NCBI GenBank assembly: GCA_028713935.1
Contig: JAQTNI010000019.1
Span: forward strand, 1-22,201
DNA length: 22,201 nt
Source: Candidatus Iainarchaeum sp.
GTDB lineage: Archaea; Iainarchaeota; Iainarchaeia; Iainarchaeales; GCA-2688035
Direction of reading: 5' to 3'
This document shows, one piece after another, positions 1-7,422 of the stretch (its first letter is position 1; the number at the start of each line of letters is the position of its first letter). A model generated the notes under the pieces. That model did no database searches and was not told where the DNA came from. It was given only the letters and a program-made list of their open reading frames with translations. The position numbers were made by a program, and so were the translations under genes.

Positions 1-1
1 A

Positions 2-517
2 TATTTGCTTTTGGACAGGACAACAAATTTCAGCAGCCCATACCCAAATTTTGACATAGGCCTTTTGGGAACAAATATTACAGAAAACGGGGCAGTTGCA
101 ATCAGCCCTTTTGACAACCAGACACAGGTTGCTGCAAAAGGCAAAAACAGAACCCATTATTTGCCAGATACAGACGCATTAGGGCAGGTATCAGGGAATA
201 ATGACTATGTCATTGCCGCTTTCAAAATAAAGGCTGATGGCGGCAGCTCAGATGTAAATTTTAATGTTCAGACAGACACTGGAAAGCCAATTTTTTTCCC
301 AAATATTAATTTGTCAAATTGGAACACTGATGTTTCAATTTCAGGAAACAATGGGAATATTTGGAGCCTGACTACCAACACTAGTTCGCAAACTTATTTG
401 CAAAAAGCCTATCTGGATTATGGAACAAGGTTTGATTTGGATTCAAACAAGCTTTCCATTGCAGGCCCTGAAAACCAGGCGTATCTAAAATTAACTGTTT
501 TTGCAACAGGCTCTTGA
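2..517 (+). CDS. S-layer-like surface protein paralog, C-terminal part (5' end lies outside the window)
   Basis: The frame is open from the window edge (YLLLDRTTNFSSPY...). It aligns by eye with residues encoded at about 9740-10262 of the large S-layer gene. Shared strings are LLLDRxTNFSxPYxNFD, RTHYLPDTxAxGQVSGNNDYxIA, FPNxNLSxW, LTTNTSSxTYLQxAYLDYGT and YLKLT. Stop codon at 515-517. Confidence 0.7.
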   Translation, partial: YLLLDRTTNFSSPYPNFDIGLLGTNITENGAVAISPFDNQTQVAAKGKNRTHYLPDTDALGQVSGNNDYVIAAFKIKADGGSSDVNFNVQTDTGKPIFFPNINLSNWNTDVSISGNNGNIWSLTTNTSSQTYLQKAYLDYGTRFDLDSNKLSIAGPENQAYLKLTVFATGS

Positions 518-529
518 ATAAGAATCGCG

Positions 530-823
530 CTATTTTTTTTCCTGCCATCTGGAAAGATACATTATTGCAAAAACGCAGATTATTGTGACTATTGCTGCAG
601 TAATTATTTTGTAGATGTATGTTTCTCCGCTTAATCCCAAAAAAGCAGTTATGTCCTCAATGCCTGTTTTTATTGCGTCCTGCCAGAACAATGCGATTAC
701 AAGTGCAAAGGCAGTTGTTACTGCAGTGACAATTGTTTTTTTCACTTCCCTGTGAAATTCAATTCCTTTTTCCAGAATTTTTTCATGCGCAACCTTTTGT
801 TTTGCTGTTTCCAAAAAAATCAC
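530..823 (-). CDS. small two-TM membrane protein (DUF5654-like by recollection)
   Basis: 97-aa ORF with two hydrophobic helices (TIVTAVTTAFALVIALFW and IITAAIVTIICVFAIMYL) and an LFWQDAIK motif. It lies 18 nt downstream of the NUDIX gene on the same strand. Confidence 0.55.
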   Translation of the reverse strand: MIFLETAKQKVAHEKILEKGIEFHREVKKTIVTAVTTAFALVIALFWQDAIKTGIEDITAFLGLSGETYIYKIITAAIVTIICVFAIMYLSRWQEKK

Positions 824-841
824 TTTAATTATTGTGCTTTT

Positions 842-1288
842 TTAAATTAAAAAGCTATTCCCGGCTTGCCCAAAGATTTTTTCAAAAGATTTCTGGTTTT
901 TTTCAAACAATTCCAGTTCTTTCAAATAAAACTTGCTCATTTTTTGCCTTGCTGTTTTTATGCCTGCCCATTCAAACTCAGTGTGCTCGCTGCTCAATTT
1001 TACTGTTTTGCTTTTTGGCTTGCACAAAAAAATTATCATTGTAATTATTTGCCCGTCTTCCCTAGTAAAATGCCTCACGCTCATTGGGAAAACAATTTCA
1101 ATTTCAATGCCAGTTTCTTCTTTTATTTCCCTTTGCAATCCTGCAAGCGGGTCTTCTCCAGCTTCAAGCCTGCCGCCTGGCAATTCCCAGATTCCAGGCA
1201 TTTGTTTTGTATAACCCGACCTTTTCAGAATCAGGACTTTTTTGTTTTCAGTGATAAATCCTTTCACTGCCAGGCGAAAATCAGGCAT
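842..1288 (-). CDS. NUDIX hydrolase
   Basis: Complete Nudix box GX5EX7REUXEEXGU, read as GRLEAGEDPLAGLQREIKEETGI. Its ATG overlaps the stop of the upstream gene as TAATG at 1286-1290. Confidence 0.9.
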   Translation of the reverse strand: MPDFRLAVKGFITENKKVLILKRSGYTKQMPGIWELPGGRLEAGEDPLAGLQREIKEETGIEIEIVFPMSVRHFTREDGQIITMIIFLCKPKSKTVKLSSEHTEFEWAGIKTARQKMSKFYLKELELFEKNQKSFEKIFGQAGNSFLI

Positions 1289-2562
1289 TAAAATTCTCCC
1301 AGTTTTTTTTGTTTTTTTTCCTGCAAAGAAAAATTCAGGTTTTTTTCAATTTCTTTTCCAATTCTTTCAAATTCTTCTTTTGTTTTGCAGATAATCGGCT
1401 TTCCATAATTGCCTCCACCGCCCGGAACATATTGCACAAGCCCTTTCCTGAAAGCAATAATGTTTTCCGCAATTTTTTCGTCAACTTTGCGCAGTTCTTC
1501 TTCCCCTGCATCGACAAGCGCATTGATTTCATTGCCAAATTTTTCAACAAACTGTTTCCAGGCAGCCTGCACAGAATCTGTTTCAGGATTTTTTGCGCCA
1601 AAAGAAAACTGGATTATTTCTGCGAGCGGCAGCAGGTGCAAATACTTCGGCCTGAAATCCGGATGGGTTTCTTCCTTCAATTCCGCAAGCTCCAGAATCC
1701 TGTCGCGCACGCCTTTCTTAATTATGCTTCCGCATTTTTGGCATTTCCATTTTAATTGCACTGCCTGTTCAAAAGAATATCTTGTAAAACACGCATTGCA
1801 GGCAGTCCTGTGGTATTTTCCTTCACGCGGGTCAAGGCCCGCATTAAGCGTAATCAGTTTTTCCTCTTTTTCGCGCAATGCTTTTTCCAGTTCCTTGAAA
1901 CAGGGCTTTTTCATTTTTATGCGCGTGAATTCCCTTCCAATCCTGTGGGGCCAGGGAGAATGCGCATCGCTGCAGGTCAAGAAACTGTAATTGTGGTTGT
2001 CTTTTATCAAATCAGCAAAATAAGAATCAGCGCTTAATCCCAGTTCAATGAAAAAAATTTTTTTTGACAATTCAGAGTAACATTTTTCCATTGAATCAAA
2101 ATGTGCATAAACACTGAAATAAGGAGTGAAAGCATGGGCAGGCCCTATTGTTCCTCCGCAATCAAAAACCATTTCCGCAAGCTGTTTTGAAGAAATTCTT
2201 ATTCTGGGCCTTCCGCAGCCCCAAGAATCCAAAATTCCAAACGGCTTTATTTTTTCGCGCAGGTTTTCTGCGGAAGCAAGGTCTGGCAGGAAAACAAGGT
2301 TGTGCACCAAATCTTTGCACTGTATTTCTGTCTGCACAATGAAAAAAGTTTCAAATTGCCTTGACTTGAAAACCCCGTTTTCCTCTTCAACAATATTTTC
2401 TTTCACATGCTCAAGCCATTTTGCATGGGTAATGTCAGCTGTTCCGCAGACATCAAGCCCTTTCAGCTTTGCCTGTTCCGCAATTACAGGCAAAAGCATG
2501 TTTTTGCTAACCCCTCCTGAATGCAGGCCGTGAAAATGCAAATCACAGTTATACTCTTTCAT
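1288..2562 (-). CDS. PHP-domain endonuclease Q-like protein (TIGR00375 family)
   Basis: 424 aa. N-terminal PHP metal motif DLHFHGLHS. Also GPAHAFTP, SDAHSP, LNAGLDPREGKYH, a zinc-ribbon (CNAC...CQKCG), IKKGVRDRILEL and VPGGGGNYGKP. These match my recollection of Pyrococcus EndoQ, which has a similar length. SD-like GAGGA lies upstream. Confidence 0.75.
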   Translation of the reverse strand: MKEYNCDLHFHGLHSGGVSKNMLLPVIAEQAKLKGLDVCGTADITHAKWLEHVKENIVEEENGVFKSRQFETFFIVQTEIQCKDLVHNLVFLPDLASAENLREKIKPFGILDSWGCGRPRIRISSKQLAEMVFDCGGTIGPAHAFTPYFSVYAHFDSMEKCYSELSKKIFFIELGLSADSYFADLIKDNHNYSFLTCSDAHSPWPHRIGREFTRIKMKKPCFKELEKALREKEEKLITLNAGLDPREGKYHRTACNACFTRYSFEQAVQLKWKCQKCGSIIKKGVRDRILELAELKEETHPDFRPKYLHLLPLAEIIQFSFGAKNPETDSVQAAWKQFVEKFGNEINALVDAGEEELRKVDEKIAENIIAFRKGLVQYVPGGGGNYGKPIICKTKEEFERIGKEIEKNLNFSLQEKKQKKLGEF

Positions 2563-2607
2563 TCATTTTTCCTCTGCATTGAATTTTGCTAGGAAATGTT
2601 TTTCGCA

Positions 2608-2654
2608 AGCCTTTTGGAAGCGAGCCATTGGCGAGCGCTCCGAAAAGGCTTTTT
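2608..2654 (+). other. GC-rich imperfect hairpin followed by T5 in the divergent intergenic region
   Basis: AGCCTTTT (2608-2615) pairs with AAAAGGCT (2643-2650). Inner helices are GGA/TCC, GCG/CGC and GCC/GGC around an ATT loop, giving about 17 bp. T-run at 2650-2654. It is conspicuously GC-rich in an AT-rich spacer. Confidence 0.3.
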
Positions 2655-2836
2655 GAATATACTAAAAAGAATTTGCAATTCAATTAATATCTTATGGTTG
2701 AATTGTTCAAAGCAGGTTTTTTTGAAAAACTGCCTGAATTTGTATTTTTAATAATTCACTGGAAACCTGCTTCCGAAAATGTATAAAACCGGTATTTGCT
2801 ATTTTTATATTGACTATATTTGAAAGTGGGGTTCAA

Positions 2837-3952
2837 ATGGAGTTTAACACTTATGATGGCGGGATTGTAAGCATAACTGAAAAAGAGCTTGAATGCTTGC
2901 ATTGGAATGAACATTTGTCGATTAGGCAAATAGCAAAAAAGCTGAATATTTGTGCAAGTACTCTTAGAAAAGCAATGGCAAAAAACAATATTTCCAGAAG
3001 GGAAACTGCAAAGAAGATTTTGAACAAACCAACAAAAGAGGTTCTTGAAAAACTCTATTTTGACAGTTCTTTACCTTTAAAAGATATAATCAAAAAATTT
3101 GGCGTTTCTTATTTTACATTTTTTAAATGGCTTAAAGAGTATAATATTCCAAAAAATAGAAGGGCGAAATTAGAGATGCATGCATTTTCTAACAATTCAA
3201 AGGAAAAGGCTTATCTTCAAGGTTTGGTTTTTGGCGATATTCATGCAAGAAAGCATTGTAGGCAGGTAGTTGCTGAATTATCTACAACGCACTCTTCAAT
3301 GATAAACCTTTTTTGTAAAGTGTTTTCAAATTATGGAGTTGTTCGAAAGAGCGCCAAGTATAACAAAAAAACTGGACGGTTTGGCTGGGCGGTTCGTGTT
3401 TCGCTTGATTCTTCATTTGACTTTTTGTTATCAAAGAAAATCGAAGATATTGCTGATGAATACTTTTATTACTTTTTGGCTGGCTTTTTTGATTGTGAAG
3501 GTTGTTTATTCACTTACAATAATCATAATTATATTGGTCTTAGCCTTCTTTTGTACAACTGCAATAAAAATCTTCTTGAGCACATTTTTAAAAAATTAGA
3601 AAAGGACGGTTTTAATCCAAGGTTAAATAAGGCCTCTAGCAAGGGAACAAAAACAAGTGATGGTTATTGTCAAAGAAAAGATTGTTGGTCTGTTAGTTTA
3701 TACGCGAGTGAGGAAGTAAAGCGTCTCTTGGAGTATATGCCTTTTCGGCATGATGAAAGATTAAGAAAGGCGGAATTTGTTTTATCAATTGGCAGCCCAA
3801 AAAAGTGGAAAGATATTGCCAATGATGTAATATCCCTGCGCAACCAAATAAAAGAAGAAGTTAAGATTTCTGTATCCCAAGCGGTCGAACAGTGGAAAAT
3901 AAAACAGGGTGGTTTTGATGAAAGAGGCATTATTCTACAAAAAATTGAATAA
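2837..3952 (+). CDS. free-standing LAGLIDADG-family protein with two N-terminal HTH repeats
   Basis: Two LAGLIDADG motifs (YLQGLVFGDIHA and YFLAGFFDCEGCLF). N-terminal tandem HTH-like repeats (LSIRQIAKKLNICASTLRKAMAKNNI and LPLKDIIKKFGVSYFTFFKWLKEYNI). ATG at 2837 is preferred over the TTG at 2810. A/T-rich TATA-like tract lies just upstream. Confidence 0.8.
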   Translation: MEFNTYDGGIVSITEKELECLHWNEHLSIRQIAKKLNICASTLRKAMAKNNISRRETAKKILNKPTKEVLEKLYFDSSLPLKDIIKKFGVSYFTFFKWLKEYNIPKNRRAKLEMHAFSNNSKEKAYLQGLVFGDIHARKHCRQVVAELSTTHSSMINLFCKVFSNYGVVRKSAKYNKKTGRFGWAVRVSLDSSFDFLLSKKIEDIADEYFYYFLAGFFDCEGCLFTYNNHNYIGLSLLLYNCNKNLLEHIFKKLEKDGFNPRLNKASSKGTKTSDGYCQRKDCWSVSLYASEEVKRLLEYMPFRHDERLRKAEFVLSIGSPKKWKDIANDVISLRNQIKEEVKISVSQAVEQWKIKQGGFDERGIILQKIE

Positions 3953-4919
3953 CAATGCAGTGCAGTGTCAGTTGTGCCCTCATTTTTGCTTTATTGAGGA
4001 AGATAAAAGGGGAAAGTGTGGAGTCAGAGAGAATGTGAGCGGCAAACTCATTTCTTTAGTTTACGAAAAGCTTTGTTCAATTGCAGTTGACCCCATAGAA
4101 AAGAAGCCTTTGTTCCATTTTAAGCCAGGCTCAAAGTGCCTTTCAATTGCAACTGTTGGCTGTAATCTTTCTTGCAGTTTTTGCCAAAATTGGGGAATTT
4201 CGCAGCCGCAAAACAAAGAAATATTTGGGGAGCAGATAAGCGCAGAAAAAGTTGTAGAACTTGCTCTTGAAAAAAATCTTCCAGGCATTGCATATACTTA
4301 CACAGAACCATTAATCGCGATAGAGTTTTACCTCGAAATTATGAAATTCGCTAAAAAGGAAGGGCTTTACAATGTGTGGGTTTCTAATGGATTTTCAAAC
4401 CCCGAGCCAGTAAAGAAAGTAAGCTCTTATTTGGATGCTGTTAACATTGACTTAAAAGGCAACACAAAATTTTACAGTGAACTTTGTGGGGTTCCAACTG
4501 AAAAACCAATTCAAGAAGCATTAAAAATTTACAAAGAACAAGGGGTTTGGATTGAGATTACCAACCTACTAATTCCTGGATTCAATGACAAGCCAGAGCA
4601 GATAAAACAATTAGTTTCCTGGATTAAAGAAAATCTTGGCTATGAAATCCCGCTGCATTTTTCAAGGTTTTTTCCAACCTACAAAATGGCGCAGCTTCCG
4701 GAAACAGATATTTCAAAGCTTGAACGCGCAAAAAAAATTTCTGAATCAGCCGGCTTGGAATTTGTTTTTTTGGGAAATGTGCATGGAAAAGAAAATTCGT
4801 TTTGCCCAGAATGCAAAAGCCTTCTGATTGAAAGGGCGGGTTATTCCGCTGAAACAAAAGGTTTGGACAAAAAAGGCAATTGTGCAAAATGCGGTTACGA
4901 AACAGGAATTGTAATTTGA
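3918..4919 (+). CDS. AmmeMemoRadiSam-system-type radical SAM enzyme
   Basis: N-terminal Cys cluster (CQLCPHFC...GKCGVREN), DPIEKKPLFHFKPGS, and radical SAM CX3CX2C as GCNLSCSFCQNW. C-terminal CPEC...CAKCG. ATG at 3918 overlaps the 3' end of the LAGLIDADG ORF by 35 nt. Confidence 0.85.
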   Translation: MKEALFYKKLNNNAVQCQLCPHFCFIEEDKRGKCGVRENVSGKLISLVYEKLCSIAVDPIEKKPLFHFKPGSKCLSIATVGCNLSCSFCQNWGISQPQNKEIFGEQISAEKVVELALEKNLPGIAYTYTEPLIAIEFYLEIMKFAKKEGLYNVWVSNGFSNPEPVKKVSSYLDAVNIDLKGNTKFYSELCGVPTEKPIQEALKIYKEQGVWIEITNLLIPGFNDKPEQIKQLVSWIKENLGYEIPLHFSRFFPTYKMAQLPETDISKLERAKKISESAGLEFVFLGNVHGKENSFCPECKSLLIERAGYSAETKGLDKKGNCAKCGYETGIVI

Positions 4920-4963
4920 AAAAGAGCAGCAAGATTTTTATTTTTCGATCGAGATGTTATAAT

Positions 4964-5599
4964 ATGGTCTATCGTTTTAGGGCAAGGGAGCAAAAGCCAA
5001 AGCCGAGCGAACCTGTAATACAGTGGATGAGAAAACAGCCGCCTGCATGGCATAAGACAGCCAGACAAAGGATAGAGGGATTCTCCCGCATTAGCCGCGA
5101 AGAAATGGCAGTTTTTAAAAGGCGAGGAATTCCATATAGGATGTTTCCAGCGGCTTTGAAAAAAAGGGCAGAAGGAGTAGAAATCAAAGAGCCAGACGCA
5201 GGTATTCGGTCGATTACACATTCGCATTATAAGGGTCTTGCGGTTCCTTCTCCAGACGATTTAATGAAAGTATTGAAACATTTGCGTGAAAAAAGAATCA
5301 ATAAGTTTCATATTGTAAGAAACAGGGGAAGGACTGTTACGGGTTATTACAGTTTTTCATTTACTAAAAAATTTTTAAACCAGAGTCCGGAACAAATTGA
5401 GCAAATGCTGTCCAAGATTAAGTTGGAAGGCTCATCAGCAATATTCCAAGGTAAAGTTAGGATTTGGTTAAGAACGCTTTTCTCATTAGTTGAAGAAGGG
5501 TATATGAGGAAACACTGTACGCCAATGCCAGAATATAAATTTGATTCAAAAAAACAGGACTTTGTCAAAAAAGGAATAATCGGCAACAAACTTATTTAA
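4964..5599 (+). CDS. orphan protein with a JAMM/MPN+ (RadC-like JAB) metalloprotease motif
   Basis: HSHYKGLAVPSPDD fits H-x-H-x7-S-x2-D exactly (nt 5219-5260). Candidate upstream Glu residues are EE in REEMAVF, about 40 residues before the motif. Downstream INKFHIV...YYSF resembles the RadC pattern (hydrophobic-DHIIIG...YxSF). A TATA-like ATTTTTATTTTT at 4934-4945 sits about 24 nt before ATG 4964, suggesting a leaderless mRNA. Confidence 0.55.
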   Translation: MVYRFRAREQKPKPSEPVIQWMRKQPPAWHKTARQRIEGFSRISREEMAVFKRRGIPYRMFPAALKKRAEGVEIKEPDAGIRSITHSHYKGLAVPSPDDLMKVLKHLREKRINKFHIVRNRGRTVTGYYSFSFTKKFLNQSPEQIEQMLSKIKLEGSSAIFQGKVRIWLRTLFSLVEEGYMRKHCTPMPEYKFDSKKQDFVKKGIIGNKLI

Positions 5600-5609
5600 A
5601 TTGCGGCAC

Positions 5610-5912
5610 TCAGAACAGCCCGAAAAATTTCAGCAGTAGCATTGCCCCGATTCCAGCAAGGCCGAAAATTGCGCTTACAACAATTGCGGGGAGAAGCGGC
5701 AGTTCAATGTGAAAAACAAAATAAATTATTCCCAATGCAATTACTCCCAGAATGGAATTGATTATTACCTGTTTTATAAACAAGACAAGTACAATTGCAA
5801 TTACAATAAGCGCAATTCCTCCAATCAGAATTGTTGGGTTGTTCACTATCTGCATTGCTGCTCCGGCAGTTCCATCAAGGGGCGCTTCAAGCAGAAAAAC
5901 AGGCAGATTCAT
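5610..5912 (-). CDS. small polytopic membrane protein, BofA-like
   Basis: 100 aa, three hydrophobic segments. INSILGVIALGIIYF...IVVSAIFGLAGIGAMLLLK resembles the BofA family signature as I recall it. Confidence 0.5.
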   Translation of the reverse strand: MNLPVFLLEAPLDGTAGAAMQIVNNPTILIGGIALIVIAIVLVLFIKQVIINSILGVIALGIIYFVFHIELPLLPAIVVSAIFGLAGIGAMLLLKFFGLF

Positions 5913-5994
5913 GAATAATTATGCCCCCCAACTGTTTTAATTAATATTTTTTGCCCAAGGCAGGTTTTTAAAGTTTTTTAACAAATCTTTTGTC

Positions 5995-6630
5995 ATGCCC
6001 AAATTCACTGAAGAGCAGAAAAAAATTGCAATGCTGTTATTGCATGATGCAAAAACAATTGAAGACCTAAACAAGCAGTTAAATCTGCCCTATAACAAGC
6101 TCTCTGAAGAAGTAAAAGAAATGCTCAAATTGGGGGTTATTACAAAAGAAGGCTTTCCCACAAAATACAGGTTAAAAGAAAAAATTGCCTCGGAAGTCCT
6201 TAGAAGAAAAAAAATTGCAGAAGAAGACAATAATGCCCTGAGAATAAGGGCTTACATTGAAATGCAGGCAATAGAAGAAGACCTTTTAAAAAAAAGCCTT
6301 GAAAAGCTTGCAGAGGCAATGCAAAAAGACCAGAATTTCACTGTTTACAGCCTTGAAAAAGCCAAAGTAATCCAGGAATCAGAATACTATTTTTCTTATA
6401 TAGAGGTAAACCTTTCAATAAAAGACTTCGATTCACTTGTAAGATTCATGTATTTTTATGGGCCAAGCTCAATAGAAGTAATAAGCCCGGACAAAATAAC
6501 CTTTGCATCCCATGACCTGCAGGATGGCCTGGTAAACATGTCAGACATGATAAACAAATACTCTGCATACATAGCAAAAAGACTAAACAAAGAAGAACTC
6601 GAAAAATTCCAGGAAAAATTATACCATTAA
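5995..6630 (+). CDS. hypothetical protein with N-terminal winged-helix-like DNA-binding region
   Basis: 211-aa ORF. The N-terminus (IAMLLLHDAKTIEDLNKQLNLPYNKLSEEVKEMLKLGVITKEG) looks like a wHTH. The C-terminal half is not recognised. TTTTTAAAG lies about 25 nt upstream of the ATG. Confidence 0.5.
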   Translation: MPKFTEEQKKIAMLLLHDAKTIEDLNKQLNLPYNKLSEEVKEMLKLGVITKEGFPTKYRLKEKIASEVLRRKKIAEEDNNALRIRAYIEMQAIEEDLLKKSLEKLAEAMQKDQNFTVYSLEKAKVIQESEYYFSYIEVNLSIKDFDSLVRFMYFYGPSSIEVISPDKITFASHDLQDGLVNMSDMINKYSAYIAKRLNKEELEKFQEKLYH

Positions 6631-6735
6631 ACAAAAAACCCAAAATTGTTCAAACAACAATTGAACATTATTTTCTTTTTATTGCAAATTGACTGGAATT
6701 TTATAAGGCAAAAAATTACCTTTAAATAGCCCTTT

Positions 6736-7335
6736 ATGCCTTATTTTAATATGCCTGCAAAAAGACTCAGAGATAGGAGAAAAGGCACTCCAATTCCAGT
6801 TGGCTGGTTTAAAAAGAAGCAAATGTTTGAACGGCAAGCTGAACCAACTCCACAATTTACCAGCAATATGCGGACGGGAGATGCAGAGTGCCGGAAGAAT
6901 CTAGTTGGCCCTCGTTCTGGAACAGTCAGGCGCCTGAATCATGTTGGAGTTCTTGTTCATCATTCGTTTTATGGTAAACCTGGGCAGTTTGTTCGGTTTA
7001 CTCCTGCACAATTTAGGAATTTGTCTTTTGAGAAAAGGGCAGTTGGCAGCACAAAGGTAATGCTTTTTTGGAGAGGGAAGCGATCCATTCAAGAGGAATC
7101 CTTTTTTACTAAAGCTCAGTTTAATAAAATAAAACAGCTAGTCAAAAAAGACCCAGCCATTCTATTTATTGAAATGGAAGAAAGAAGGAAATATGCTGAA
7201 TCAGAAGATGACCAGGAGGCATACGAGGCAAGGGAAAGCTCTACTGGAAACAGTTTTAAATTATACCCCTCAGAAAGAAGGGTTTCTTTTCCAGAAAGAC
7301 GCAAATCTGATGGAAGGCGTTCCACAGACAAATAA
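6736..7335 (+). CDS. hypothetical basic protein (orphan)
   Basis: 199-aa open frame in an AT-rich genome, with no recognisable domain. TATA-like TTTAAATA at 6721-6728 would favour the second ATG at 6751 (MPAKRLRDRRKG) as a leaderless start. Confidence 0.55.
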   Translation: MPYFNMPAKRLRDRRKGTPIPVGWFKKKQMFERQAEPTPQFTSNMRTGDAECRKNLVGPRSGTVRRLNHVGVLVHHSFYGKPGQFVRFTPAQFRNLSFEKRAVGSTKVMLFWRGKRSIQEESFFTKAQFNKIKQLVKKDPAILFIEMEERRKYAESEDDQEAYEARESSTGNSFKLYPSERRVSFPERRKSDGRRSTDK

Positions 7336-7422
7336 ATTTCCAGGCAGGAAACAACAAGCCTGATTTTAAAAAACCGTTAAAGTTCGTTGGAAAGCGATTA
7401 TTTGAATTTCGAGGAACGCACT

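Noticed and set aside
1309-2533. Several plus-strand ORFs (1309-1755, 1409-1990, 1756-2037, 2126-2533) and minus-strand ORF 1335-1601
   Set aside because: All are shadow frames of the EndoQ-like gene. They have low-complexity composition and no start context.
2828-2840. GGGGTTCAAATGG, resembling a tRNA T-arm (GGTTCAAAT)
   Set aside because: No complementary 3' half of the T-stem, acceptor stem or anticodon arm can be built. The segment contains the ATG of the LAGLIDADG ORF.
4880-4963. Upstream extensions of ORFs: 4880 for the JAB orphan, 11461 for the flippase-like gene, 18380 for aRF1, 2810 and 3909 alternative starts
   Set aside because: The extensions overlap the preceding genes or use non-ATG starts. 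Internal ATGs have TATA or SD context and match family N-termini (for example aRF1 begins near MAHESLEQ).
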